DNA of 63,699 nucleotides, the filler included, from Choristocarpus tenellus KU-1152 (taxonomy: Eukaryota > Protista > Phaeophyceae): NCBI GenBank assembly GCA_964200185.2. It is 10 parts of 10 records of this genome, joined end to end, with 100 filler letters (N's around TTAATTAATTAA, not from the genome) between each part and the next. Parts side by side here need not be neighbours in the genome. Positions count along the whole stretch, not along the records: positions 1 to 15,710 come from CAXNAD020000943.1; positions 15,811 to 22,004 come from CAXNAD020008711.1; positions 22,105 to 31,330 come from CAXNAD020003859.1; 7 more parts are not named here. The stretch is one strand, 5' to 3'. Under the pieces are notes generated by a model. The model saw nothing but the letters and a program-made list of their open reading frames with translations, ran no database searches and had not been told where the DNA came from. This document shows, one piece after another, positions 11,747 through 23,988 of the stretch (the first letter of the stretch is position 1; the number at the start of each line of letters is the position of its first letter). A program made the translations under genes and the position numbers.

Positions 11747-14700
11747 ATGGCTGCCCAATCAATGAAGGTTACTTTCTCGAATGGACCTCTCGGTATAGAG
11801 ACAGGTGAAGATTATGTTTTTGGATGTAAGGTCCTCTTCAGAACCCACTATCTCTTATTAGTCAAGATGCCCACCATACTCACCAGTTTGTTTGAGATTT
11901 CATCCTCCAAGTGCCGAGTGTTGTGTCGTTGGGACTAGTTGCAACTCGACATCGAACCAATCGTTCTCACAAGCACCATCTCACCAACACTATTGGTGTG
12001 CAAGTCAGTTCCCCGACTCGTCCTGGTGTGATTTTCTCATCAAATTTCATTTCAGAACCTGTGTGGAGGAGCGGTGGTCGACCTGTGGGGTGCAGGGTCG
12101 TGAGCTTTCTGAAATCCTTCAACGGCGATGTGGGGCAAGCCGAAAGGACTGGGTTGGCCCTTTTAGGGGCAACGTTGGAAGAGGTGCAGAGTGAAGATGT
12201 CCGTGAAATGTCTTATGACAAGGTGACACATGACCAGTGCAAGTGAATCTGATGTTGGATTTCAAGGGTTAGGTTCTGCAATACCCCAGCAGTGTCAGAG
12301 GTTGAAAAGAACTTCGTACATGCCAGGCCTCCCTGTTCCCCGCGAGCCTCAAACCCACCCTCCTCCCTCCCAACCACGCCAACGCACCATTGCATCGGAT
12401 AGATCTTGGCTCTACTGAAGCTGTCTAGCTTGGAAGAGGCATGGGAGTGCGTGTTTCTCCCTACCACTCCTCCAACCTCAAAAGGGACACTGTCCGACCT
12501 GTCCAATCTGACAGATGCCAGTGGTGATGCTTATCTGTCCTCAATACCCTCACAAGACCCTATCCCCTGCCCAGAGGTTAGTCCTGGAAGCAACACGGAG
12601 CTTGTCCACAGCCCTCGTCTTTTGGCACCTATGGGTTGGGCCATGTCTCTTCTGAGAATCAAAAACGACGACCAGGAGAAAGCTCACCTGGAGGTTGCAA
12701 AACACAGTCTTGATGTGGTACAACCTCCATCTCCAATTAGAGAGGAAGGTTGTGAGGACAGGAGCGAAATTGACCTTGGTGGGAGCAATTACAACAACTC
12801 TGATGCAGCCGCTGCTACAGAGCAACCACGCCTGTCAACTTTTGATTGTCATGGTCATCCCCATTACTTGCCCCCCAGTCCTCCCCAAGCAGACCTGCAG
12901 TCCGGAATCCACCATGAGCCTGAACTATCTCGTGACTCCAAATGCCTTGCTTTTGTTACTGATGAATCTGGGGTGGTTACAGTGGTCACTCCTGAGATTT
13001 GTGAAAAGGGGGCTCAAGGCATTGGCGGAGATGATAGTTCAGGAGCAGGTCTTGAAGTTGGAGATAGGGTTGAAGAGGATATCAAAGTGACAATGGTAAA
13101 TGGCGATTTACCTAACTTTGCTGATGTTATGAACGGATCATTGGACACGGTTTCACTCATATCAGAAGCAGGCCTGGGTAGAGTAGGAGGGCACTATGGT
13201 GATACTGGACCATTTGCTTTCCCATTGGGCAGCAGGGATAGTGATGAGAGGGAGAACATGCGGCCGTTGGCACAATTCCTTGGAGTGAAGTTGAAGGAAC
13301 GGACAAGGCGATGTGAGGAACTGGAAGACCTTTCAAATCTCCGTGATGGTCAGGTGCTGTTATTCCTTTTCCCTTTGCCCTCTGGTGTACACTATATCTC
13401 ATTTCACCTATTTGGCTCAACACATGGTACTCCAGAAAGCGCTTAACTGGATCCTGTGCAACAGATGTAGAGTAGAAGGTAGATCCTCTAGAGCAAGAAG
13501 AAGAATTTCTTTGCTTCTCTATGAATATGTAATGTCTCATCCACCACCCTTTTTTTGTGGGTGTGCCAGGTCTCCATGCTGCAGCGGCAGAGCAACTCCT
13601 TGGCAGTGAAGGTATCAACACTCATTGAGGAGTTAGCTGACCAAACAGCCTTGTCTGAAGCCCTGCAAGTGGATCGCCAACGCCTGGTGGAGGAGGTGGA
13701 TGAGCTCAAACATGCTTTTAGAATTTTTGATGGCGAGATTTTGCCCAAACTTGAGTCCAAGGGTATTGCAGGATTGATGGTTGAAAGTGTAGATGCTGAG
13801 GAGAGTGCAGCTATTGCCATGAGCAAGGCAGGGTCCAGAGGAGCAGGACATGAGGGGGTGGGGCGGGGCAGGAGTCCTGGCCATGCAAACAGTGACACAG
13901 AGGCTCGGGCTCTGGCACTTGGTGAAATGGTGGAGAATTTGATCACACAGAGAGTGGCGCATGTGGAGGAGATTGTTGCTTGTAGGGAAGAGTCCAGAGA
14001 ACTGCAAAGGCGGGTGAGAGAGCTGGAGTCTGTAGCTACTTTGGCAGGAACTCTCCCTGGTGTAGTTGAGGGTGAGGAGGAAGCCCGGGTTGGGCAGCTG
14101 GTTGGTCTGCGGAGGCTCTTAGGAGAGCGAACGCAAGAGCTGGAGTGGGAGAGCAGGTCAGCAGAGAGATTAGGTGAGAGCCTGTCCTTGGGGCTGGTGG
14201 TAGGCTGAAGACTTGAGCAGATGCTGGTTGTTGGTTCAGGGAAGTTTGTGTTGATACTATGTCCCTAGTCTGTATTTTCTAACTGAGTGCATTGCCTGTG
14301 ACGAGCAATGAGAGTGTGATGCATGGTGAATGAAGCACTGTCGTGTGGTAGTGTCCTATCTCTGATATATGGCTGCAGTTATGTTATGTCACAACTCTTC
14401 TGGTGTGTGCTTGAGTGACAGCGGCCCGAGCAGAAGATTTGGAGGATGAGATTGGAAGATTGCAGGTGGCTCTCAAAGCCAGGGAGGCAGATATTGTAGC
14501 TTGCGAGAAGACTGCAATGGAAATGGAGGAGCGCTTCCAACATGAGTTGTGTGAACGGGATTCGGCCCAGGATAGTCTAAGGGTGGAAGTTGAAGAGCTG
14601 CGGGCGTTGACAAAGGCAGGTGACAATATGGGCAGTGGTGGCAATGAGCATAGGTGAGTTGTGGATGAGGTTGATATCCTGGTGGAGTACTTGTAGCAGT

Positions 14701-15710
14701 ACCAGTGCTTGGGAATAGATTATGTAGTGCCTAGGCTGGGAGGTATGGCAATATAGGAGAGAGCATTTTCGTGGTTGATGGTACAAGGGAAATCGTTGTT
14801 GCAAATGTGGTTTAAATCAGAATCCTGGTTTCATTTTTCCTTGTTGTCAGCCACTATTTTGTACTTGGCAAGGCATGTGGATCTACCCTTTTGTAGCTGG
14901 TTCATCAAATACACCTTCAAATTGGATATGATGCTTGACTCTCCCCACTGCCAAAACCTGTTGAATATGCAAGCTCATGTGAAGAGGTCAGTGATTGAGC
15001 CCATTTTGTCTTGCACTCTTCCTTCCATGAACGAACTTGTTTGTACTTTGTTTAGTGTTGATCTTGACCTCTAGCTTCTCTCATCCCTTATTGTCATGAA
15101 TGCCATATTCTTGACCCTCTCTTAGGCATTCCTACTGTACCCCTGAATGCAACCCTTGTGCAAACCCCTTTTAGACTTGTGTCAGAAAAATTATCATGGA
15201 TAAAAGAAAGAGGACGCCTCATGAATGAGTTAGAACTCCTGCAGAGGTCAGCTTCAGGAGGAGCTGAGATGGCAACTGTTGCAAAAGAGACAGCTGCACA
15301 ACAGGCTGGGTTGGTGGCCCTCCAAGCAGCAAAGATCAAAAGACTAGAGAATGATGTCGTAGTAACATCACGTAAGACTGAATTGGAAGGAAAGGTTAAT
15401 AGTCTACAGGCTCGTCTCGAGGAGACAATGATTACCCTAGAGACTTGCTCAGGCAGGAATAGTGATGGTGTTAAGGGCAGGGGCGGTACTGCCAGGGATG
15501 AAAGTGGGAGTGGGGTAGCGTCTGAAGGTGGGGATGACAAGCTTGAACACAAGCAGGAAGGCAAAACTGATTGCAGTGTGAGAGGCAGCAGCAGCACAGG
15601 TTTGTCTGGTGTGGTCAAGAAAGATGAACACCTTGTTGGCATTGACCAGGGCAGCCTTGATGGTTACATACCCTCTTCACCCACACGCTGGGCAGTTAAT
15701 CCAGATCATT
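11747..15710 (+). CDS. PDZ-like N-terminal domain plus long coiled-coil protein, 3' truncated by contig end; exons 11747-11804, 12056-12222, 12403-13353, 13570-14173, 14422-14653, 15175->15710
   Basis: All junctions GT-AG and in phase; VTFSNGPLGIE..GQAERTG..GATLEEVQSEDVREMSYDKILALLK is PDZ-like; heptad E/L/R-rich exons. Confidence 0.8.
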
Positions 15711-15810
15711 NNNNNNNNNNNNNNNNNNNNNNNNNNNNNNNNNNNNNNNNNNNNTTAATTAATTAANNNNNNNNNNNNNNNNNNNNNNNNNNNNNNNNNN
15801 NNNNNNNNNN
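15711..15810. other. Artificial contig spacer (also 22005-22104, 31331-31430, 44708-44807, 47616-47715, 52349-52448, 55033-55132, 57659-57758, 60693-60792)
   Basis: Identical N44-TTAATTAATTAA-N44 blocks with stops in all six frames. Confidence 0.98.
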
Positions 15811-15970
15811 ATTCTTCTATCTACTGTCATTGATGTGATGATGAGTTGGAATGCGCAATAAATATATGAACACTAACAACCAGTGCAGTGCACCAATCAA
15901 CAGTCAGTACAAGCTGGTAGTATGTGTGTATCATATCAAAAGAAACAAATGAGTAGCCTATGTTTTAACA
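15811..15970 (+). mobile_element. 3' end of LTR (...GCCTATGTTTTAACA) abutting the ParB-like element
   Basis: Near-identical to 31525-31683 and related to the end of the solo LTR at 34069-34784. Confidence 0.75.
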
Positions 15971-18705
15971 GGATCGGCATGGACGCTGTTCTCACTTCGC
16001 CCCATAGTATCTTCGTAGGTGTTCCCTGGCACCTTGGACTCGTCGCCGCCACTGCCCACCGAATGGGCGTTTGGGGACATACATGGGTCACTCCTGACAG
16101 GCGTGGACTCTGAGTCCGTGCCTAGCTGCCCCCTCACTTCCTCCTGTACAAGTTCCTCTGGACCCGACAAAGCGTTACAAACGGGTCGGTCCCCATCGCC
16201 TTCAGAGTCGCGTTCCAAGGGTGTGGTTGTATGCCTTCCCCCATGTAGAGTCCTGCTTCCTGTACCTACTGTAGGGCTAGGCGATGGGTTATCCTATTCC
16301 TCTTCATCACCTGGTGGGTTGGGTCTTCCACAACAAGGTATAGGCGTGGATACACCACCAGCTACCAATGTCTTCGCCACCGCAAAATTGAAGAAGGTGG
16401 AGAGTTCGTTGATGAGGAGTTGGATGCAATCCAGATCGAGGTTGTCCCCAAGATCGGTACATGTGATTACGATGCCTCCTGGTCGGGTCTGGAGAAGGGC
16501 GACTTCTTTCTCGTGGGTGGAGCTCGTTTCGGACTTGAACTTGTCAAGGTCGTGCTCGGACGGGGCGTTTTTCTCTGTCGTGATCATAATGTTTGTGACT
16601 CGTGTTATCTCTGAAATGGTGGAGGAGTAGGCAAAGGACGTGGCAAAGTAGGAGGCAAAACAACGGGAAGAGGGATTAGCGTTAGGAGGCAAGGGATGAG
16701 GTAGAGGTCGGTGAGAAGGAGTAAGCGAGGCAGGATGCAGAGGAGGAGGCAGAGACTGAGGAAAAGATGGATGGAATTAGAGTATGTGCGGATCGTCGAA
16801 TTTGGGCGGGTTTTTCGAGCCCATAAATCAGGAAGACAAGTAGGGCTTGTAACATAGGGTTAAGAGGATGTGTATAGGACCATAATACATGAACCGCGAC
16901 ATAATTTCCCTTCTTTTGCCGGGTTCTGTCGATCAGTACAACAGAGCGAAAGTATGAATCAATCTTTCCGACGAGCAACTTCGCAACATATGAAACCGGA
17001 GAACCCTGTGACAATGTACGGTGTGAAACTGTCTGACGTCGGTAAGATCTGTGAGAGTCCAGGTTGTGTGTTTGGTGTTGGAACGATGTTGATGTGAACG
17101 TATGGCGATGTTGTACAATGATGTAATTGCTTGCCTATGTGTTCGTCACTGGTGTTCAGGGTAACGCCCTCAGAGTATTTGACGATGTTCAGGTTTTGTA
17201 CCCTCCTCCACACCCTCCTTCAACACAAGGTCCCTTTTCACCTGTGGATTTTATGGGGTTACGTTAATGTGCGCGATCAGGGCGTTTATTGTAAGGTGAC
17301 TTGCTACGAACTCAAATACGGTGGACAGATGAGATGATGAACCTCACTCTCCGTTGAGTACCTCCTCACTCACGATGTATTTTTTCTTTGGAGGGCCCTC
17401 TTCTGAAGACCCTGCTGAGGAGTCATCAGCGTAGGGGTCTATACCGAGCTCGTCTTTCCTCTTGAGGTTGCTCATGACCTGTACGGCGACCTCCAGGACA
17501 GCCCTCTTGAAGAGGATATTCTTTGTGTGCATATGTCTTAAGTATGCCAATTGGATCTTCCATGGCTGCGATGCCCACTCCTCCTCGGCCTGGGCGGCAG
17601 ACGCAGGGTCTGGATCGCCGTCACCTGGACTGTTCTTCTTCCCGTTTCCTCTTGTCCTCTTCTTCTTTCCTTTGTCCTGGTCGGCCGGGGGCTGTTTGTT
17701 CCGGACGCCCCTTAGAGAGTGTGGGAGAACTGTCATGGAGAAGCGCATGGGTAGTGGAATGGTAAGTCACATGCATGACATGGGTGTCTGTCTCGCGAGG
17801 CATGAACTAGGCGGTAAACATTGGGGTTGTTGCAGGATCAGCAGGGGGTTATATGCATATACATCCATACATTGGTTGAATCGTCACGGCCAAAGATTGA
17901 CTTACCTATTCCTCTGGAAATGTCTCCGTCCTGACAACATACGTCAATGAGAGCGCATCAGTAGGCAATTTCTTGACTGCCTGCTCTGAGAAGACATGCG
18001 CAGCCACCCCAACATTGTCGCGCCAGCGATGGCCTTGGGGGGTCACCCCTCTGAGGATGGCTAGTCCGGCTCTCCAGCGAGGACATCAATGCACATTCTT
18101 GCGAAATACTGCTCCTTGACCTCGTCTGTGAGCTACATGTACATCAAATGTGTGATGATGTGTCGCTAGGAGACCGGTAAAGAACGAACTTTGAGGATGT
18201 GAAGGATTTAGGGTTAACAGTGAATCGATCAGAGAAGGGTTACCAGGGGATGCACATAGTGTAGCAGAACCCTATGTACTTAGGGTTCTTTAGAAACCGA
18301 TGGGCTTTACCGTTCAATATAACACATCAAATTCCTTCATTACTGTCTGCCCTATGTCAAGTGCGGCGTTGTATGGGGACAACTTAGTTGGGAATGTTTA
18401 ACCCACCTTCAATCTGTAGGTGTGTGTGAATCCCCCACGGTTCTGAGGGATTCGATGGTGGCGTCCAGGTTAGCGTACCACAGCACAGTGAACATGTGAA
18501 CCGCTCTAAAGTCGAATTTGTCCTAGTCAGGTGCACGTTGGGTGTGTGGAGAATAAGGTCACATGATTAGGGCAGAAGAACGTGGGAGTGGGAGTGGATC
18601 TGTTGGTAAATGGCGTATGTCATATGGTCAGTAGCGATACACATGCATAAAACGTCAATTCAAGCTCAGTATGCGAAGGTAGGGGTTACTATGGTGTTGT
18701 TGCTG

Positions 18706-19108
18706 GGGCCAAAATCCAATGTTGCGATTTTGAGGCTCAAAGTATCTTGGGGGGGGAAGTGGCGGCTGTCCATTTGGGGCCAATTTTTTCATGTCGCAAT
18801 TTTTGTGTGATTTGGTTGCATACGTCGGATGGATAATGTAAGTGCACTACTCCTGGTCATGGCCCAAATGGACACCCTGGTGTAGACTCCTCCCCCCCCC
18901 AGATACTTTGGGTCTGATATAATTTTGGCTATCGTGTTTGTCAGGAAGTGTCAATATTCTTGTTCCGGACACACCTTTTCATAATGTATACGTTTTACCT
19001 ACTCCTAAATATTTTGGAGTAGGAAAATGTCATGAAAAAAAACATGGGAAGCCAAGCCCCAAAGAGACAAACAGGGCAAACCTCGTACCCTCTAAGATAC
19101 TTTCACTC
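18706..19108 (+). mobile_element. MITE-A (left-truncated) containing nested element B
   Basis: Matches the MITE-A consensus ending CCCTCTAAGATACTTTCACTC; interrupts the ParB-like ORF. Confidence 0.85.
18734..18914 (+). mobile_element. Complete 181-bp family-B MITE with 3-bp TSD TGA
   Basis: TGA|GGCTCAAAGTATCTTGGGGGGGG...CCCCCCCCCAGATACTTTGGGTC|TGA; removing it restores the MITE-A consensus. Confidence 0.88.
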
Positions 19109-20152
19109 TGTGAGAACCTCACCTTCTCCCGCGCATATGTAAACAAGGGTGGCGATCGCATTGAAGAACTGGACGGAGGTTTGGTCGCCGAGTCTACTCA
19201 TCCCGGCTTCCATGTGTATGTCCTCCCACGTTTCTTTGAGGAATGCCTTTATCTTGGCAGCTACCGTCCTCTTAATAGCTGTCTGTAACGCGGCGTCAGC
19301 ACTCTGGAAGTCTATGTCTCCTAGACAGTATTGGTTGCACCAGGTGACCAATGTTGTCATGCGCGTGCGACGATCAGAGTCCTCTTCCATTTCCTGGACG
19401 TAGGGTTGGGACCTGTCGCAACTGAAGTCGCGCCTATACTGCAGGATAGCGGCAACCCAACACACCATCCAATGGAATATGTCGAGAATATTGGGCACAT
19501 GTGACCTACTGGCCGCCACACTCTCTCCTATCGAAATGGATTGAGCCTTTTCGCGGCTGCAGTGTGGATAGATCTTCCACATGAACCTCCTCCTGTGATC
19601 GCCAATCTGGAGGTCTGCTCCGATGTCCAAGGTCCATCGCGTTGTGACGTGGGCTGGGAAGTTGATACCACATGGGACATTGTCCTCCTTCGCGACGTGT
19701 TCGATTATCCTCAGTACCATTATGCGATGTTGTCCATTCAGACAAAATAAGAGGTTATCATCGTTGTCTTTATTCCTATCGTCACCACTCTCGTTTATGT
19801 CCAGGTTGCCGTTGGCAATGTAGTTTGCAAGTAGTTCGCCGTCGGGTACACTAGAGGGTACATTTGCCCTGCGCATGTCGGCCTTGAAGTTGCTGATGGT
19901 TTGCCATCTTGAGCACATGGAGAATGGTTGCCCACTCAGGATCCCTGCGAGCTTATCAGCGGCGATCTGTGGGTCCGGCCCCAGCTTCGAGAACATCAAC
20001 TCCACTCTATGTTTGTCAAGGAGGTTGGCGTTGTACCTCTGTGACAAGAAGGCAGATGTGGCTAGGTCCATCATACGTGTCGCACTGAGGTTAGACGTGA
20101 CCAACTCTGTCGTCTTTTCATCTTCAGGATTCCTTGGGCCTCTGGCCGACTG
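19109..20152 (-). pseudogene. ParB/Srx-like (NGQHR) domain exon, copy 1, cut by MITE-A
   Basis: 333-aa ORF with LLFCLNGQHRIMVL...KAQSISIGES; high amino-acid similarity to 23989-25088. Confidence 0.7.
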
Positions 20153-20389
20153 CCTGTGAAGGTAGGGGGGAACAATTTACGGAAATGGTATCAGCAAACA
20201 AGAAGGATATCGACGTAGGGGTGGATGCTATTATTAGGCGATCACAGCAAGAGTGTTTTTGTATGAACAGTGATAGACTATGTGATTAATGATGACGGGA
20301 TCGGTAGGGAGTACAAGGTCCGTGTCCATGCGTGGGCTATGCAAACGTGATATGAAAAGGGCGTAGTGATGCTGTGGTCATGAGGACGG

Positions 20390-20865
20390 TGTGTGTTCTA
20401 TCGAATGGTAAAGGCCATCAATTTCCAAAGTGTGGCAAGACGGTTGGGGGGGTGTATGTCGATTTGAAAGAAGAATCCTGAGCAGGAAAACAATACATCG
20501 AACCGCGGCAGTGAAAGATGAAGATGAAAGGAATTTACGTGCTGACCCGGGTTGGATGTCAGGAGGGCAACCATGCGCAGGTTTGTGCTTGGCATATGGT
20601 AGGCAGTAATGATGAATGAGTTTGATGTGTTCTGTTGAACGGTAAATGCCATCAATTTCCAAAGTGTGGCAAGACGGTTGGGGGGTGTGTATGTCGATTT
20701 GAAAGAAGAATCCGGAGCAGGAAAACATTACGTCGAACCGCGGAAGCGAAAGCATGAATGCACCAGTTTGATATGTATATGTCGATTTTTGGAACGTACT
20801 TCTAAATATAAATTTGGTATGTTCTGTCGGTTGGTAGAAGCGATCAAATTCTAAGTGTAGGACTA
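20390..20865. repeat. ~235-bp tandem array upstream of the ParB-like ORF (copy 1)
   Basis: GCCATCAATTTCCAAAGTGTGGCAAGACGGTTGGGGG repeated at ~20414 and ~20648, with a diverged third unit at ~20840. Confidence 0.85.
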
Positions 20866-21284
20866 GCAGGGTTTTTGGACTAAGATACGTGCGCGTGATG
20901 ATACCATCGCACAAGTTGTATCGAGATTGCATTGCGACGCGATTCGAACCTTATCGGAAAAGTTCACGTGCGTATCGATGGTGTTACCACGTCACACTCG
21001 ACAGACGGATATTGTGGTGCGTGTAATTACATCGCGGAATCTTACTTCTATTTCGGATAAGTTGTCTGATTACTCCCAACATGTGCAACAGCAACCCATG
21101 TTCCAATTTCGGAAAAAGGTTCGGTCGAATTCGCTGTAATCAATTCTGATGATAGCTGCTGAATTGCAACTACGGCGACTGCTGTTCGATGTAAGGTGAA
21201 ATCTGTCTCTTGGCGGATTGGGATTAGTGTTCGAAATGTAGGCAATTTTGTTTGGTTAGGGTTAGGGTTGGTATGATGGGTGTG

Positions 21285-21535
21285 GGTCGAAGTATCTTTG
21301 GGGTAGAGCTGGGTCCATTTGGCGGCCGAATTCAAATGTTGCATTATTGCTGTAATTCTTGCCATCATTTTTGTTTGGAGATGTCAAAGTCCTTTATCCG
21401 GACATTCCTTTCCATAATGTACACATTGTACTTCTCCAAAATATTTTTGAGTAAGTACATTGTCGTTGAAAACCCGTGGGCAGTCAAGCCCCAAAAGGAC
21501 AACCAGCGAAAAACTCGTACCCCCTAAGATACTCA
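21285..21535 (+). mobile_element. Old, diverged MITE-A at 5' end of element copy 1
   Basis: AAGTATCTTTGGGGTAGAG...CTCGTACCCCCTAAGATACT with MITE-A internal blocks. Confidence 0.75.
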
Positions 21536-21654
21536 GGCAACATTGACTTCCGGGCTTACATTGTCAGTGACTGGCCAGTGGGGTGGCAGAATACGCTTTA
21601 TGAACGGTTTTAATCAAACAAACTATAGATGCGACAGTCGTGATTTAGATGATA

Positions 21655-22004
21655 CCACTATTGACAGCTGGTGTGTACACGGTTGTAAAGGTAATGAATA
21701 CAGGGAATCAAATGTGATAACGTTGGTGACACCACCAACTGCAGCTGGTGTGTACACGGTTGTAAAGGTAATGAATACACAGGGCATCGAATTTGGCAAT
21801 TTTGGTGTTACCACTGCTGACAGCTGGTGTTTATTTATACTAACCCAAAGGTAATAAATACAGGGCATCGAATGTGAAAACATTGGTGACACCGCCATTG
21901 ACAGCTGGTGTGTACACGGTTGTAAAGGTAATGAATACAGGGAATCAAATGTGATAACGTTGGTGACACCACCAACTGCAGCTGGTGTGTACACGGTTGT
22001 AAAG
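21655..22004. repeat. 77-81-bp minisatellite with 237-bp higher-order unit
   Basis: CAGCTGGTG at 21665, 21742, 21821, 21902 and 21979; unit 4 and the visible part of unit 5 repeat units 1 and 2. Confidence 0.9.
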
Positions 22005-22440
22005 NNNNNNNNNNNNNNNNNNNNNNNNNNNNNNNNNNNNNNNNNNNNTTAATTAATTAANNNNNNNNNNNNNNNNNNNNNNNNNNNNNNNNNNNNNNNN
22101 NNNNCATGTGGCTCATGTGGAGGTGTTTGTGCAGGGCTGGGTTAATGGTTTTACTCTAGCTTGGGATGTGGGATGGGATTAAGTAAGGTCATGGCTGCTG
22201 TTGTGTGGATGATGCTTTGGAGTCAGTAAGGCACAAATACAGCTGGAGTCGGAGATGAACGTAGAGCTGGAGCTGGGGGATCTGGCTCCACCTTTGAAAC
22301 AACTGGTACCTTCCTATTCTCCACGGTGGTGATACCTGTGTTTTTAGATTCGATATTCTGTGTTTATTTCTGCTCCCAACCGTGTGCACACCACCTGTCT
22401 ATGGTGGAGATTCCAGCATTTTTAGATTCGATGCTCTATG

Positions 22441-22690
22441 TTAGAGGGCACTAGTTTTCCCTGTCTGTCCTTTTGGGGTTTCACTGGCCACAGTTTTTGA
22501 AGGACTTTGTACTTTTGCTCCAAGAATGTTTTGGAGAAGCACAATGTCGACACTATGGGAAAGGAGTGTTCGGATTTTGGTTATATACATATCCAAAAAA
22601 TAAGGAGGGCAAGAATGACAGCAAAAAGGCAACATTCGAATTCGGTCACACAAAATGAACGTGACCCTACGACTAACATATTTCGACCAA
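22441..22690 (-). mobile_element. Old, diverged MITE-A at 5' end of element copy 2
   Basis: Reverse-complement counterpart of 21285-21535 with the same inner flank (CACCCAT.ATACCAACCCTA). Confidence 0.7.
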
Positions 22691-23059
22691 CACCCATGAT
22701 ACCAACCCTAGCCCCGAGAAGAATAAATAACCCACATTTTCAACACTTATCCAAATCCGCAATTTACAGATATCACCTTAGATCAAAAATGATGTCATAA
22801 AATAAATTCAAAGGCTCCAACACGAAAGGGCTACAGCGAATTCGACTGAATCTTTTTCTGAAATTGGAACATGTGTTGCTGTCACTTTTGATGGGAGTAA
22901 TCAGACAATTGATTCGAAATAGAAGGAAGATTCACCGATGCAATTTCGCGCACCACTACATCCGTCCGTCCAGGATGACGTGGTAACACCTTCGATATAC
23001 GCGCGTGTAAGGGCTCCGATACTATTGGAACATTTCCGATAAGGTTCAAATCGGAAATA

Positions 23060-23620
23060 TACATACACACCCCCCACCGTTTTTGATGTGCTACGGAATT
23101 TGATGGCCTTCACAGTTCGTCAGAACACACAAAAATTCATTCATTCTTATCAGCCTTGTGTCGAGCGCAACCCTTTCGCGTGATTGCTCTCCCGACATCC
23201 AATCCGGGTCAGCACTTATATTCCTTTCATCTTCATCTACCACCTTCTCGGTTCGACGTTATATTTATCTGCTCGGGTTGTTACAACTTCAAATGAACGC
23301 ACACACCCTCGACCGTCTCGCCGCGCTTTTTTATTTGATGGCCTTTACCGTTCGTCAGAACACATAAAATTCATTCATTATTATCAGCCTTGTGTCAAGT
23401 GCAAACCTGCGCGCTAGCCCTACATACATCTAACCCGGGTCGGCACGTAAACCCTTTCATGTTCACCTTTCACTTTCGAGATTCTACGTAATGCGTTCCT
23501 GCTCAGGAGTACCATTTCAAATCTACACACACACACCCCAACGGTATTGCCGCGCATTAGATATCGATTGTCTACACTGTTCGACAGAACACAAGAAATG
23601 CTCTCACTATTGCCCGCCCA
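23060..23620. repeat. ~235-bp tandem array upstream of the ParB-like ORF (copy 2)
   Basis: TGATGGCCTT...GTTCGTCAGAACAC at ~23101 and ~23336, diverged unit at ~23570. Confidence 0.8.
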
Positions 23621-23988
23621 ATGTCAAGCGCATATCTGTGCATGATTGCCCCTGCTATATCTGACCTTGATATGCGCGTAAATTCACACCAGGTTACGTC
23701 CGATATTGGTACGTATTATTCATATTCATATCCATCCCAAGTCGACCGCGTTAACAGTTTCACATTTCTTGGAAAAAGCGACCTCGCAGGAAAGCGTTAC
23801 GCCGTCCCCATTTCCATGCCATCGCTACGCTCTTTTCATATCTCCTTTGCATAGCCCACGCACGGACACGAACCCTGCACTCCGTGCAGATCCCGTGTCA
23901 TCATTAATCACATGGTCCACCACTGTTCATATAAAGGCACCCTTCATGTGCTCGGCTAACCGTCGCATCCACCCCTATATGGACATCA

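Larger units (their letters stand above)
15971..21535 (-). mobile_element. Multi-exon ParB-like-domain repeat element, copy 1 (disrupted)
   Basis: Colinear reverse-complement homology with ~22441-27650 over exons, introns and upstream tandem array. Confidence 0.8.

Noticed and set aside
15755-15766. Recurrent TTAATTAATTAA motif
   Set aside because: Linker sequence inside the N spacers
21655-22004. CRISPR-like repeat-spacer array
   Set aside because: Inter-repeat segments are homologous and recur exactly; eukaryotic context with no cas genes
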